Below, piece by piece: positions 10,411-23,800 of a stretch of DNA of 64,000 nucleotides. The position numbers and the translations under genes are program-made. Every line of letters starts with the position of its first letter. Position 1 is the first letter of the stretch. The notes under the pieces are model-generated. The model worked only from the letters and a program-made list of their open reading frames with translations, had not been told where the DNA came from and did no database searches. Origin of the DNA: Phallusia mammillata (Eukaryota); NCBI GenBank assembly GCA_965637545.1, contig OZ281495.1, forward strand, positions 2,666,001-2,730,000, in the 5' to 3' direction.

Positions 10411-13400
10411 TTCTAGATTACTTCCACTCGCATTGAAGGTATTTATGATGCAACAAACAGAATTGTCACGAGGTTGGTTGTTCTTGTGGAGATTACTTTT
10501 TGGGAATGGAAATGCGAATACTGGACAAGATCATCAAGTGGTACGCCAGTAGAAAACGTTGGTGAAACAGGCGTTTTGCTTTTTCCTTGGCCGTTTTGCG
10601 AAAGCAACAATCGATAAGCGTTACTATCAGTCAGAACTGGCTCCCATAACTCATTTTAACAAAGCTTTTGGCATGTCAGGCCATTTCCGCAGCGCGTTCC
10701 GCAGTGAATGACTCGATGAGACATTTGTGGACTTCGTGACGTTGCACACAGGAACATACGATGAGAATGAACATACTTAACCTGCTGTAGGAACCTGCAT
10801 AAGTCTACAATTAGCGACTGCCCTAAAGGTTGGGATTGGGCTAAGCATGTGTCGACTTCTATTTAAAATCTTGTTGTACTCGAAACAATAATCCTGTTAA
10901 TTTTTTTTTACCTTTTCACTTTATTGGTGAGTTGAGTTCATTTCGCTTGGTGAAAGACAACATAGCAACACAATAATTGCACTAAACTAAAACAATAACC
11001 AAGCCAAACGTTGAAATGTTGGAGCGCAAAAACAGAGAAGAGTACAATTTGTGAATCATGACCGAATGAGCTGCAACTACACCTTATTATAAGGCGTTAT
11101 GTGACGGAAGCTCACAAGAAAGTGAGTGTGGCGCGCAATGAGTATAACTCGACTGGGGGAAGCGTTGGTATGACCAGTCGAGGGGCCCTAAAACTAACCG
11201 CCCGTGTTAGGGAAAGAGGGTAGGGTTCGACAGGAAAAGAAACCACTGAAAGAAACCACCGAAAGAAACCCTGTCGGATAGTTTCAAGCGACGGAAGAAC
11301 AAACCACAAATCCCTAGTCTGCAATAGTAGTTAACTTTTGACATATATGCAGTTTGTATTGTCGATAAAAGTGTTTGGGGCGCTGATAAGGTCGACTTAT
11401 AGTAAATAAGGGTGCTAGTTACATAAGTCACTTTAATGAATTAAACACAGACAAGAATGCATGAACATTAAATAAAAAAATAAAACAATGTACAATACTA
11501 CACCACTCTAACAGAAAATGCTGTTTTCATAAAAAAAAACTGTGAGAGAATACATAAGAACACTGCAAGCTTGTGGGTGAGAGTCGTTTAACTTGAACAA
11601 AACTGTACAAAAGGTGACAATCGTAAAACATAAGGACTTGTGTTACAGCGCAGTGCCATACCCGATTCAGCAAATGGTGCAAAAGTAAAGCAATATAACG
11701 TGCAATTAATGCGGCAACAGGTAAATATAAACGCAATATTATTCGTTTCGTGGTGGGAATAATATCGTTTGTGTATGTGAGTGTGCAAAACAAAATGCAA
11801 TTAAAAAACTTAATAAGATATTATGTGTTCAAAACTCGTGCAAACAAAACGCAGTGACGTTTGTGATAGAGTTTGCATTCCTAAGTTGGCCGGGGATTTC
11901 ACTCCATGGTTTTGGACCAATATATTGCTGATTGATGAAAGTGCCATAATAAGGTTTAAAGAAGTTTGATTTGGCACGTGTGAAAATATTTGCTCAGAAG
12001 AAAAAGCAGAAACATAAGCGGTTGCGCGGTGTTGGGTGGATATACAAGCATCCACATTAGCCTGAAATCACAACAGTTAAAATTGAACGTTATAAGAAAA
12101 ATTCTTCCGGCAAATGCAAGCACAACATCACACATTGTAACTCTGGTACATCACCTAGCGGAATAAAATATGAGGGTATGAGTGTTTTTAGAAAACGGAG
12201 GACTAAGAGGTGACGTTTTGTAAATATAAGACCAGTGCTTTAAAACAAGGCTGGTTATCCCGCGATATACAACCCAGGGGAAAAGTAACTTCTGAACATC
12301 CAGAAAATAATCTCACAACTTTAAACAAGTTCTTTGGACACTTCGAATTCGCATCTTTTGCAAGTTTAAATTTTCTCCCATGTTACATACTCATCGATTT
12401 TGGGTGGAAACGCTTTGTTAAATTTATACATGATGTGCACGTTTACTTTGTGGTCGAGGCAAACAAGTTAATTATGTGACGCATTGTTTACTGGCGAATC
12501 TGAAATACAAACATCTTTGGAATGCGATTTTGTCTGTGTGAAGTTGGACACGCTGGATGAAGCAGTCGTGCCAAACTCACTCACAGCGTGAGACAGAATG
12601 TCAGCGACCACTGAGTTGATTGTCGTGTTGATGAAAATTCCGTTTAGTCCCGGAGTCAGATTTGCACTGGAATAAACACTGGCTCCAGTTGTCGTTGTAA
12701 GACGTCCCTCGTCCCAGTCGGATATTCCCGTCCCAGTCGGATTCAGCTTGCTGCTTAATAGAGAATATCAATTGATTTGATGACGTCACACCGAGAGCAT
12801 TAACCACGAACATTTAACTACTTGTGACGTCATAAAACAACAAAGAGAGAGTATATTCAAACAAAAATTTACTTACGGGCTGTTTAGATACGGACATTGT
12901 ATTTCCACATATTTAATACGCCCAGTCAGGGTTTTATTAAGGTTTGGTTTGGGTGACCGCTAAGTAGTTTGAGGAGACCGCAAGTGTTTCATTTAAATAC
13001 CGAAAAATAGCCATATTTGCTTAAACGAAATTTTGGGAAACCGCTGGATAAATTACCGAAACGGTCCCCCAAAACACCTTAAAAAAACACTGCGCCCAGT
13101 GTTGCACACTGTGGCAGATAAATGTTGTGTTATTTGCCGGCGTCGATCACAAGTCAAGTAGAAGCGGCGAACAAGATCCACCAGTGGTCGCTGTTGTTTC
13201 ACGATTGCATCGAAACAAACACTTAATACAAAAAAATGTTAGTTACGTCATATCCATGTACCATAACGCCGATGCGTCAGTTTCAAAAAAATGGTGACGT
13301 CATTCCGAACTTACACGATAAACGTATTGTCAATATATAACTTGTTTATACATTTGATACGCCCGACGTTTCCCCTCTTTCGAATCACCCAATGTTACGT

Positions 13401-16400
13401 ACCTTTGTGGGTTGTGAACTTATAAGTCTGTGGTATTTGCTGGCATCAGTGGCAAGTCGATTCGCGACAGCAAATCCGCCAGTGGGCGCTGTTGATTCAC
13501 GATTTACATTCGGTCGGGGATTTCCCTTCGGTTGTTCGGCTGCACAATTTGCCATTTCATGAATTCATCACATTCCTCTGTGAAGAGCAAATGTGGTCTC
13601 GCTACAGTGATTCCTCCGAGGTAGGACTGCAAGGAAAACGAAACATTGCTAAGCAAACATTAAAATATCCACCAAGTAAACTATTTATGTAATTCCATGC
13701 ACATAATGAGAATTAAAATTAACACAACATTAAGTTACAAAAGATACAAACAATAAAATTAAAGTCGGAATGAATCCCTTCACAGACTATTATGAATCAA
13801 ATGTAATAAATAAACAAGTAGCAGACAAAATAGGTCTTTTTAAACATCAGTGACTCAAATCAATGTCATAATAACTACTATGTATATTCAATTTAAGGTT
13901 ATTCTAAACAAACTTTCTGGATCAACAAAACATGAACTGTAGCATGTACAAAATACAACATGGCATATAAAGTTTTGACATTGAAGTGTTAAGTGAATAT
14001 CGCTTGCAAATTGCATTTTTGCAAAAGTCGGAGTGAAAAAAAGTGAAATGCAAACCTGCAAACAGACATGATGACTTTTTATCCTAATCCAATCTTGCAA
14101 ATCAGTGATTATTATCACAACAGCATATCCACTCTGGTCATCAGCAGTCAAATCTTTTTGAGAAGTTGTTGATCCTATATCAGAGAAGAAATCTTGCATA
14201 AAATAGACATACTCTACATATTCAACCTACTATGATCCAAAATTAAATGCAGAATTCTATAACTGACTAAGATTATGTAAAACCAATATAAAAGTGTCAT
14301 TTATAAAGAATAAACTTAATAACAAAATTACCACCGCTAAAATTGAAAAACTTAACACAAAAAAGACCAACTGCAGTTTACAGTAACATTTTATCCAAAC
14401 ATTTTTATCCAAAAGTCATTTAGGATCTTCTTCTCATCCAATAAGAGTTTATTTGCCCAATTTTTGCTTTCTAGCAGATTTCATTAAAACTAGCCAACGT
14501 TTCGATGTCTGAATATAAAAGTGTTATTTGGAAAGGATAGGCTCGTTACAAGATATAAATCAACATTTAATATCAGCACAATATAACTTTTAAAAAACAA
14601 ACCTCAGCCAAGAGTCATTTTTACAGAGGAATATTGATTGCAATATGTGGGATGTGGACAATTCAAACCTTATATGTTTAGGCAGAAACTTGTAAAGCAT
14701 GAAAACGACATCAAGATTTTGTCTGGAAATGGATCAGCTAATCAAATTCCTTGCACAGTTACATAACATCTTTGCATTTTTCCATGTTGTAACAATCTGG
14801 AAAATAAACAGTCTTAATTTTCAAACTTTTAAGAATCAGGTTTGAAACAACACACAAGGAATCAAACCAAACTAAACAACACAGCTGAAAACATACCAAG
14901 TATCAGAATAGCTGTTGATGAAAATGCAAGAAAAATGTTGGATAAATTAAACTGAAAAATGCCTAGGCTTAAATCATTGTTGAAATTCGCACGCACTTTG
15001 TCTGCACTGTAAGTATGACACCATTTTAACACAGTGCTTATTTGTGACATCATAATGGAATAACTGAACATTGAAGCATCAGCTGTTCATTGAGTAATAT
15101 GCTAGTTTTTATTTCATGGGTTGTGGCTGCAATCGTGAAATTTTTATTACCTGTCAACATAAATAAGTACCTTAATAACACATCCACAAAAGATTTTTTT
15201 TCCTGATTGCTTTTAGTTATTTTTTGGTCATGCAAAAGTAATACTTTCGTTTGGTCTTCTTCTTTGCCAGTGCAAACATCCCATGAGGGAATAAGTAAAG
15301 TTACGAAGTTAAACTGAAGGGATGTATTTCGAATTTTTTAGTGTTTTTAAAGTTGCTTGGTTCTTTCATTAGGTTTACATAAACAATAGACTTCCCTTTC
15401 CACGAAATAAAATAAACAAGTAGAAAGGTACTGATAGCATAAAATCTAGAAGTTGGTCTTATCCCGTAAAGGACTCATATTTGTATATTTGTAGTCAACC
15501 CAATTAATCTAACATCATAAATATTGCTCACATCTGAAGTGGCTTGTAGTGCGCAATATTTTTACGTGAAACGATAGGATTATTTAGCCACGCAAACACC
15601 GTCTGGTACAACCTAACAACGGTATAACTGGGACAACGGTTGTAGCGATTTCCACACGGTCGCTGCCTGTCTGGACGACACGGGTGGCGTAAACACGGCC
15701 AAGCTGGCGTAGACGATAATAATCTATATTGGTGACTGCCTCCTGGCCTCCAATCCGTTAAAATTCCTTCCACTTGGCTTCGAATATATTTCCATAGGCC
15801 TCGCGGGTTTGATGCTGGTGTTTTTAGGGCTCGTTCCAGTAAAAATACTGGGCCGAATTGAGCTCTCCCGAGAAGGGATGTTCAGCTCGGGACTGTATGA
15901 ACTCGTCGCTTACTGCAGCCGGGCGCGTATGCTCGATATCCAATATACGCAGGATACTGATAAATCCGTTTGAGGCACCTTTCTTGGATGATACAATACT
16001 TCCCTCGTGACCGGCTCCTGTGCGATCAGGCGAAATTGCGTCGTCCAGGTCGCGATAAGTCCGGACTGGGGAAACAGTTTCCTTGTTTCGGGAGTCGACT
16101 GACGCCGACGCGCATGCAATAAGTGAATTAGGTTGTTTAAACACTTGTCTAAAGTGAACTGGTCTTCTGAAGACAGCTCAGCATAACTAGCTAGAATTGC
16201 ATCCACATCCAATAATCATAAGGTTGAGGGTCAACGTATATATTTGATAAATCCGAGTGCGAAATAGCATTTGCCACAACACTCATCGTTGGCAGACAGT
16301 GATGCAGAAATGGAAGCGCTGCGCTAGTGCCCACGCAGTAAGACACTGTCCTATCTATGTTTGTTTAACCGATGAACTATTCTGTTTTCCCTTTTGCCTC

Positions 16401-19266
16401 TAGCTTCGGGCGCTTGCCCATTCCGCTATATGGTCGCGTGCTGAACTCGTTTCCCTCATTTTTTATAAGTTCTGTTTCTGGTTATATGTTTATTTGTACA
16501 CTTCTCAAATCGGCTAAAAAGCCAACGCGGGCTGGTCGACTATAGTTGCCCCAGTTAACCGAAGGCGCTATATACATCAATCTTTTGACCTGGTTGCAAA
16601 GTTTTTTATGTCCTAACGTCTTTGATTAGAACAAAACTGTTTGTCGTTTTTCGAGTGTTCGATAAACTTTGTAAGTCCCGGCGCTTCAAGTTTACCCCAA
16701 ACACTTCGTCAGTTTTCGAGCCTAATCTGAACTGACGCAGGTTAGCCTTTTCTTTAGCTCCTGCCTATCCAAACGTTAACATAAAAATGGCATTTTTTAC
16801 CAAAATCGCGGTTTATACGGACATGTGTGAGAGGATTTCCCACCAATATAAGCGGTCAAGAGGACATTCATTGGTCAGGAGGAATTCGGCGCCTTTTATG
16901 GAGCGCGATGTATATTGTGTGACGCTTTTCAGCTCGTTCGCAGCTAAGTTACGGCTTTGATATATACATATGAGTCTGCCCTACGTTATAAATTATTGCA
17001 TAGAACCGCTACATCCGTTACCACCAGTCGTTTATGTTGCGTGTTCTTGTAATCTATGGTTGACGCGTAAGAAAAATTATGATTGAAAGTTGCCTTATTT
17101 TAAATTGTTCGTTCATTTTTATCTCTCCATTTTAGCGTTGACAGTTTGATTAAATTTGCCATTGCTACAGGTCCAAGCAACAGTAGCGTTTCTTGTTTAG
17201 AAAAACAAAACCGTTGGATGGTGTAATCTATATTCCTGCGAGCACTTCGTAGTCGCGCCGAACATTGGGGCTTTGTAACCTTGCGCCCAACCGTCGTAAC
17301 CGGAACAAAACGACGAGCTTTTGTTCAATGGTGGGAAATATGTGAGATGCCGACGCCGCACTCGTAGGTTAAATAGAAGGGCATCATTATGTGTGGGTTT
17401 ATTTCGGCAGATTTAGAATCGAGTGTGTAGTGTAAGCTCAGTTGTATCCAGGATTATAAGTTTATTTCAAGTTATGTTGTTTCATCGATTATGATGCATA
17501 ACCTGCTGGATAAGTGTTATACCGTATTTATTCGGTTGCAAGACGCCTTTTATTATATAAGCTGCAAGGTGTGGTGTTACCAGACGTACGGAATTAGGAC
17601 GTAAAATCTGTGTCCAGAATTAACGTTAAAACACTCGTAATGTCCGAAATTCTAGAGTCAGGTAGCCTTAAGTTCTAACTTGCAATAGTTTTTACAATTC
17701 TTTTCCAGAGGGTCTCACAGGTATGCGTTATAACTATTATCTGTATTGTTTTTGATGCACGATGCTACCTGCATTCAGTAAAACAACAAACAAAATATCA
17801 GTATGAATTCTCGAAGCCTAACAAAAATCTGGTATATTGACTGTATGAAATAATGTTGTTAACCGTAATGTTTATTTTCGGCTACAACCAAACAGACTCT
17901 ATTTTGACAATTTGCAAAACAAATAAAAAAATTTGGCATGTAAGAAAATGACGCACAAACGGAAGGGTAAAAAACTTTATAAACGGCGGCTTACAATGGA
18001 TAAAATACGATAGTGGAAGTTAGTTTACTTGTTTACTTTAGTATTTGTTTTGTTAATTCAGATCTTGTTTTTGTTATACTGCGCTGGTAGAGTAAGTAGA
18101 AATACTTTAGTTTGTTATGTGCAGGTTCATTTCAGCATAATTCTCTAGGTTTTGTGTTGTAAGCGAATTAGCTTGAAATTCAAAAATGTTATACTTTAGT
18201 AAGAAATATCACCTAAAATAACATATTACGCCATGCCTATTGAAGGTGTCTAACCGAACCAAGCCGGTCTACAAAGCATTCCCACACGGCGTTAACCTAA
18301 AACGAAGCTGACATGTGCACCGCGCGGTGCTTTTAGCGGGCTTACACCGCCAGATAAAGCGTCAGCCCCGGATCCGCTGTATCGTAGTTGTGGAAATTGC
18401 CACCGAAATTGGTGGTCCACAAAATTCACAGCGGGTTGGTTTAGCTTCCCGCAGTAAAATAAAATGAAGCGAAGGTTCCACCCATGAATACCACCACTGC
18501 TGGTGTAAAGGTGGTTATTCATATTTCCTTAGTGGCCACTTATTTACTCTTGTACCTCAAATGGCTCTTCTGTCATAATTTTTTATCTTCAAAATGATTC
18601 TTAAATAAGTCAAAGAAATGAATGTTGGAGAATGTAGACTTTGGACGGCCGACCTACAAGACTGAACTTTGCCCCGTGGAAACACCCCGCATTTTCCCAC
18701 GCAAATCACACTTCACTGATCTTGTGTAATTACTCACAGTCTTACACAATCCGGAGCGGCACTGGGACGGAGACGGTTTTCTAACCAAGAAAACCAGACA
18801 CACTGACATAAGTCAACGCACAAAAAAATATCAATGGCCCACTCACCAACTATTTTGCGACGCAGGCCAAAAAGTATAGAACACTTACTTACAGTTGCAA
18901 GACGATGAAACAATCGCTACAAGCACTATAGGAAAATACAGCATGCCATAAGTCACACATAAAGACATGAATTAATTTAGGTCACAAGTCAAAATTAACA
19001 CTTACCAAAAATCACGGGAAACAGCGTTTACTTGTTTAATTAGTCAGTCGTCACAAACATTTAATTTAGCCTTATTCGTCTCTGAAAAGACAACACAAAC
19101 GAATTTACTGATGTAGTAATAAAGTCACCTCACTCGACCACGTTGTACAGTACAATAAACCAATCATTGCAACATGCAGACAATAACGTTCCAATTTTAC
19201 TGTTACGCACATGGCGATTGTAACGTCTTAGCAGGTGTAACAGTAGGAAAAGTTAGTCATGTAAAA

Positions 19267-19960
19267 CTAACCGCGGAGGTGTAACACAATATATAACCCG
19301 ACCACCAACTCGAAGCACGAGTCAAAAACAGTTGGATTCAATTTGAACACGTGACGTTTCACAAATGTTTGCGAAAAATGGCCTTTTTCCAACGCAGCAA
19401 ATTTAAAGCTAACATACTTTTGCTGCACATATTTGTTCAATTTCAGTTCGGCAGCATTTAATTCTTGGTACGGTAATCCACGATTCTCCACCACAGCCTT
19501 GTCACGCCGAACACGCGACATTAAAAAATTCTTATATCGAAGCAGCCAGGCGATACTCTTTTTCAAACGATGAAACGAAGAGTGCCGATGGATGATCCTC
19601 TCAACAATGGACTGCTTCTCTACGACCATATGTATGAAGAACCCTGCGTTTTTACGGGAACTCAGCTGGTAGGTCGGGTAAAACAATCGGACTTACATGT
19701 CGGTGATCCTGAGACTCCACCAAAAACTGCGGACCGCGCAACCATCGCCCAGGCGTTACTAACGCTTTCGACGTTAACCTCCCAACTTTGCACATCGCCA
19801 AAATCGTCCGGCATAAAACAACGAGGAAGACACAGGTCATGAAGCTTCGGTAAACGCCCAAACCATTCTCTCCACTGTGTTGCTTCCAAAATGGGGCATC
19901 CTAGCCAGTGGAGGGATGCACATTTTTTGTCAGACGGTTCTATCAAAAAGTCATGTTTTT
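19267..19960 (-). mobile_element. BEL/Pao LTR-retrotransposon pol fragment (degenerate)
   Basis: Frameshifted pieces LHWLGCPI..TQWREWFGRLPKL..LCLPRCF, RWLRGPQFL, SSFHRLKKSIAWLLRY..ELNAAELKL..YVQ..FKLNP. These match Pao RT/RNaseH-to-integrase linker motifs. Confidence 0.75.
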
Positions 19961-20549
19961 TTCAGCCGGTTCTGTTACAAAAAGTCCATTGACGGTAACC
20001 AGTAATTCTAACCGGTTCGCTGATCTCATAATTATGTGATCTCACCACTGATCCTAGCCAATTCCACGCTTGCGCAGACCCTGGAGTAGAAGTTTAGCTT
20101 TATGCGTTTAAGATGAAACAAATCGTATATGGGCAGCCGAATATTTGTGTTCTATAAATTCTACGGTTAAAAACAAAAAATGTTGGTCTGCAGGCGTCTT
20201 CGCCTGATAAAAAATGGCCTTCATAAAAAACTGACATGTAACATTGTGATAAATGTCAATGTTTTAAAACATGTTTGTCCCTTTTTTACTCCAGGTACAC
20301 TTTTTGTCGTTTCGACCAAGCGTTGCTTTCAATAGAATTATGTACAAATTACAATTCAAATCTCTTACATTTCTACTGCTGGCTTGTCTTCATATATATT
20401 TCTTTGGCTGAGCGCAAAAAAAACCGAAAACTAATATGTTCAAAACACAATAAGCAAGCTATTTCTGTTCTTACCAGCTTCAAGTGAACGGGGGACAATT
20501 TTGTTGTTGAAAAGTGCATTTTGCGCCCGATTGCTCATCCCTATCCTAA

Positions 20550-20700
20550 TAAGGACTGAGGGTGGGTATTGACTTCGAAACTTAGGACAATTACAGTGTA
20601 GGATCGTGGGTTCAAGTCTCAGCGGAGGCCAGATTTTTTTCATCCTATGCCTCGTGATGTGGGAATGCTTGGTACCCCTGCTTGGTATAACGACTTTAAT
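20550..20700 (+). mobile_element. Possible degenerate tRNA-derived SINE
   Basis: B-box-like GGGTTCAAGTCTCAGCGGAGGC near 20609-20630. No clear A box, cloverleaf or TSD. Confidence 0.3.
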
Positions 20701-20850
20701 AGGTCATGTATAAAATGGTTTCTGTGTACAGTAATTGTGTCATGATTGTTGGTCTGTATAAACGCTCCAGGGTTTATTCCAGTAACGTATATGTGTTTAT
20801 TTGTGTAGTGAAAACTTTAGTTAAGATTTGCCTACCTGAACAAAACAAGA

Positions 20851-23800
20851 ATGACATCAACAAATGAGGTAAGTAAATGCTGAGGATATTTGTTGCTTTC
20901 TCAGTGAATATTTGGCTAAAAGCGTGGGAATTTATCTTGATATGTCCGATATGGTTTGCATTCAAGTGATTTATTTGAAAAAGCTATGAAAACAAACGAG
21001 CCAAATCCAATTAGAAAGCCACTGACACCGTAAATCACATTAGATAAAAGTTTACTGCATGCCCATAGATGGCGTAAAGAGCAGTTAATAACAGCGTATT
21101 GTTAAGTTTTTCATTTACTTATAATGTAATCATTAATACGCAACGTCACTCAGTCAAAGCAGCCTTAACTGTTTCGTAGAATTTTTTTTTAAACCAGGTA
21201 TTTATAAAGTGCTCTTTGTGCAAACTTTGTCTGCTGTGAGTGATAATGTTTGTAAATTTTCCTGTTATCATGTAAATCTCTTGTGCGCAGTTAAGGGAAT
21301 TGGACTGTGGTGACATCACTTGTAACCTTGACGATTTCATGGCCGGTTCAGGAGGTTTCGGGGATGTTATATTTGGATACCACAATGGGTTAAAGCAACA
21401 AGTTGCCATCAAAGTATTTAAGTTGGCTGGTGGAGCCCAGGAAAAGACACAAGCCACAAAAACGTAAGTTATAAGAATTCCTACACAACACAATAAAATC
21501 GCCACAGGCACTTTATTCAAAATATGTTCTTCAGAATTAAAGAAGAAATGGAACACTTGCTGAAAGCAGATCATGAAAATGTCGTTCGAATTTTTGGCTA
21601 CGTCCAATGGTCTTTTGCAATGGGAATTGTGATGGAATACTGCAAGGGGGGAAATTTAGAAACACTACTAATCGATACATCCAAAGAACTGGGCATTGCC
21701 GTACGCGTTCGTATTTTATACGAAATAGCATCAGCAATGGCTTTCTGTCATAATTTGCCCGATAAACGTTTAATTCATCAGGACTTAAAACCTGGAAATA
21801 TTTTGCTCACTAAAGCACTAAGCTGTAAATTGGCTGATTTTGGAAGCGCCGAACTGGCAACTTATAGTATTTCGGCAACTAGGAATCCTTTGGCACGAAC
21901 CAAGAAAGAAAAGCCTCAATACACTCCCTACTACACCGCTCCTGAAAAACTAAAGGATCTTCTCACAAAACCTAACAAGGAACATGACGTTTACGCATTT
22001 GCTATGATATTATACTGGGTTCTTGCTTGTAAAGCCCCGTATCCACGTCTGGCAGAAGAAGAGCGAAGAGAGTTGTTAGAGGAAATTAAGAGAGGAAAAA
22101 GACCAAACTGCCAACAAATACGGGATTGGATGCAAACTTTGGTCGGTGAAGACAAAGAAATCGCAGAGCAACTCCAACTACTGATGAAGCGATGCTGGGA
22201 TCAAGATCCCACAAAACGTCCCACAATGACTGAAATAAAAAAAGAATTGAAAACGCGTTTGGATAAGCAACAAACCACCAAGCTACTTTCTCAAGTTTTG
22301 ACGACTTTGACTCAAATGAATTTGGACGAGCAACCGCAAGTCATCGAAGGTCGACGCGTTCCTCTTCACTATTTTTCAACCTGGTCCGGAAGTTTTCATG
22401 GTAAAATAGTAATAGAACAATAGAAAATTATTTTAACAAACGATAACTCCCACCCATAACAGAATACATTACCCAGGTTGGAGATAATTTGTCTCGTAGA
22501 AACTTATTTTATCCTAATAATGTTGTTGGTTAAGATGTTGCCATTTCTTGTGTGGCAATTTTAACTGTGGTAGTAAAATCTTTCTTATTTTTAGTTCCTT
22601 CCACATCAGTTGACACCGATAGACAACCATCGGGACCGACAGAGGGGGCACTAGAGCAAGTGCAATCTTCTTCCCAACAAGGCAAAGCTTCTACATCCAG
22701 CAGAAAACAGCAGAAGGGTACAAGATCTATTGAATGGAATTTCGCTCAACTGATAATGTCAACAGTTACATTTATGACACTTTTTAGCTGTTTTGAGTGT
22801 AGAGCAATATCAAACAAACGTTTTGTGTAAATTTTTAATTGATTTAGATCCCACTAGTCACGGTACCGCGGAAAGCTCCACTACACCAGTACAAAAGTTA
22901 ATTGCTCGTTTCAACAGCATATCAGCACAGCAATCTGGAGGTATAACCATCACAAATTCACACTTTGCACAAATTGGTCCGTGTTTTGATTTTCGTGCAC
23001 TTGACGTTACAAAAGCTAAGTATATGATAAGACGTGAAAAAGAATAGGAAGAAATAACCATTTACAAGCAACAATCCAGCACCAGTTTGATAAAAAATAA
23101 ATTTTACTAGTTCTAAACCACGGGGCAATGGACTCAAAAGAAAGAAAATATGTTTTCGTGGGTCCAGAACCTTTAATCTGTTTTGATAATGACACGTTTT
23201 ATTGCGCTAGTTAATGGTTGGTATAAAGCACAACCATTTCGAGAACAGAAAAGGTTAAGAATCACTGGCAACTGACACAGTTTCACCTGAACGTTTTAAC
23301 TTTTAACGGAAAGTTTTTAAATGATAACTTGACAGTTGTTGGGAATTATTTAGGAAAAACAAAACATAATCAGAAAGGAAAACACAAACTAATCTTGCAA
23401 CATAAATTAAATAGTGTATATTTGTAAAACATGTTTTTAGAGCCATCCACTTCCGATGACGCAAAGAAACGTTCTATCAAACCAGCGGGGGGCGCACCAA
23501 AGCAATCACAATCCCGTTTTTCTCAACAAGAAGAAATTCCCACCACCAGCAAACCACAGGAACCTGGTATGAGATGCATTAACTCGGGAACTTAGAGATA
23601 ATTAAACATGTTGATTGAATTTATTACATTTGATTACTCTGTGACAAACGTATTTGCAAACATTTTTTTTGAAAATCATCTTGTTCGAATTTATAATCTT
23701 TAGATCCTATCATACACGATGATGAGAAAATGCCCATTGCACCACGAGAGGAAATCGCTCATTCCAGCAGCACATCACCACAGGAACCTGCAGGTAAACC

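Larger units (their letters stand above)
1299..15560 (+). repeat. Intergenic block A (U0-U1 spacer), segmental-duplicate paralog of block B (46279-56280)
   Basis: Colinear matches: 1299-2100~46279-47160, 2960-3060~47560-47660, 9340-9600~47845-48060, 10780-12720~51235-52890, 13440-14630~53920-55060, 15190-15560~55790-56170. Each block has its own private TE insertions. Confidence 0.85.

Noticed and set aside
11100-11423. Possible solo LTR (TGTGAC...GTTACA)
   Set aside because: No matching TSD (CGTTA vs TAAGT), and part of it aligns with block B, so a deletion in B explains the difference equally well.
18240-18520. RCEFCG...IWRCK motif reminiscent of a Merlin/IS1595 zinc ribbon
   Set aside because: Short, interrupted by stops, no DDE region or TIRs found; insufficient support.
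22312-22330. QM(N/D)LD as an analogue of the RIPK1 caspase-8 site (LQLD)
   Set aside because: P1' is Glu, which caspases disfavour, and the spacing from the kinase end differs.
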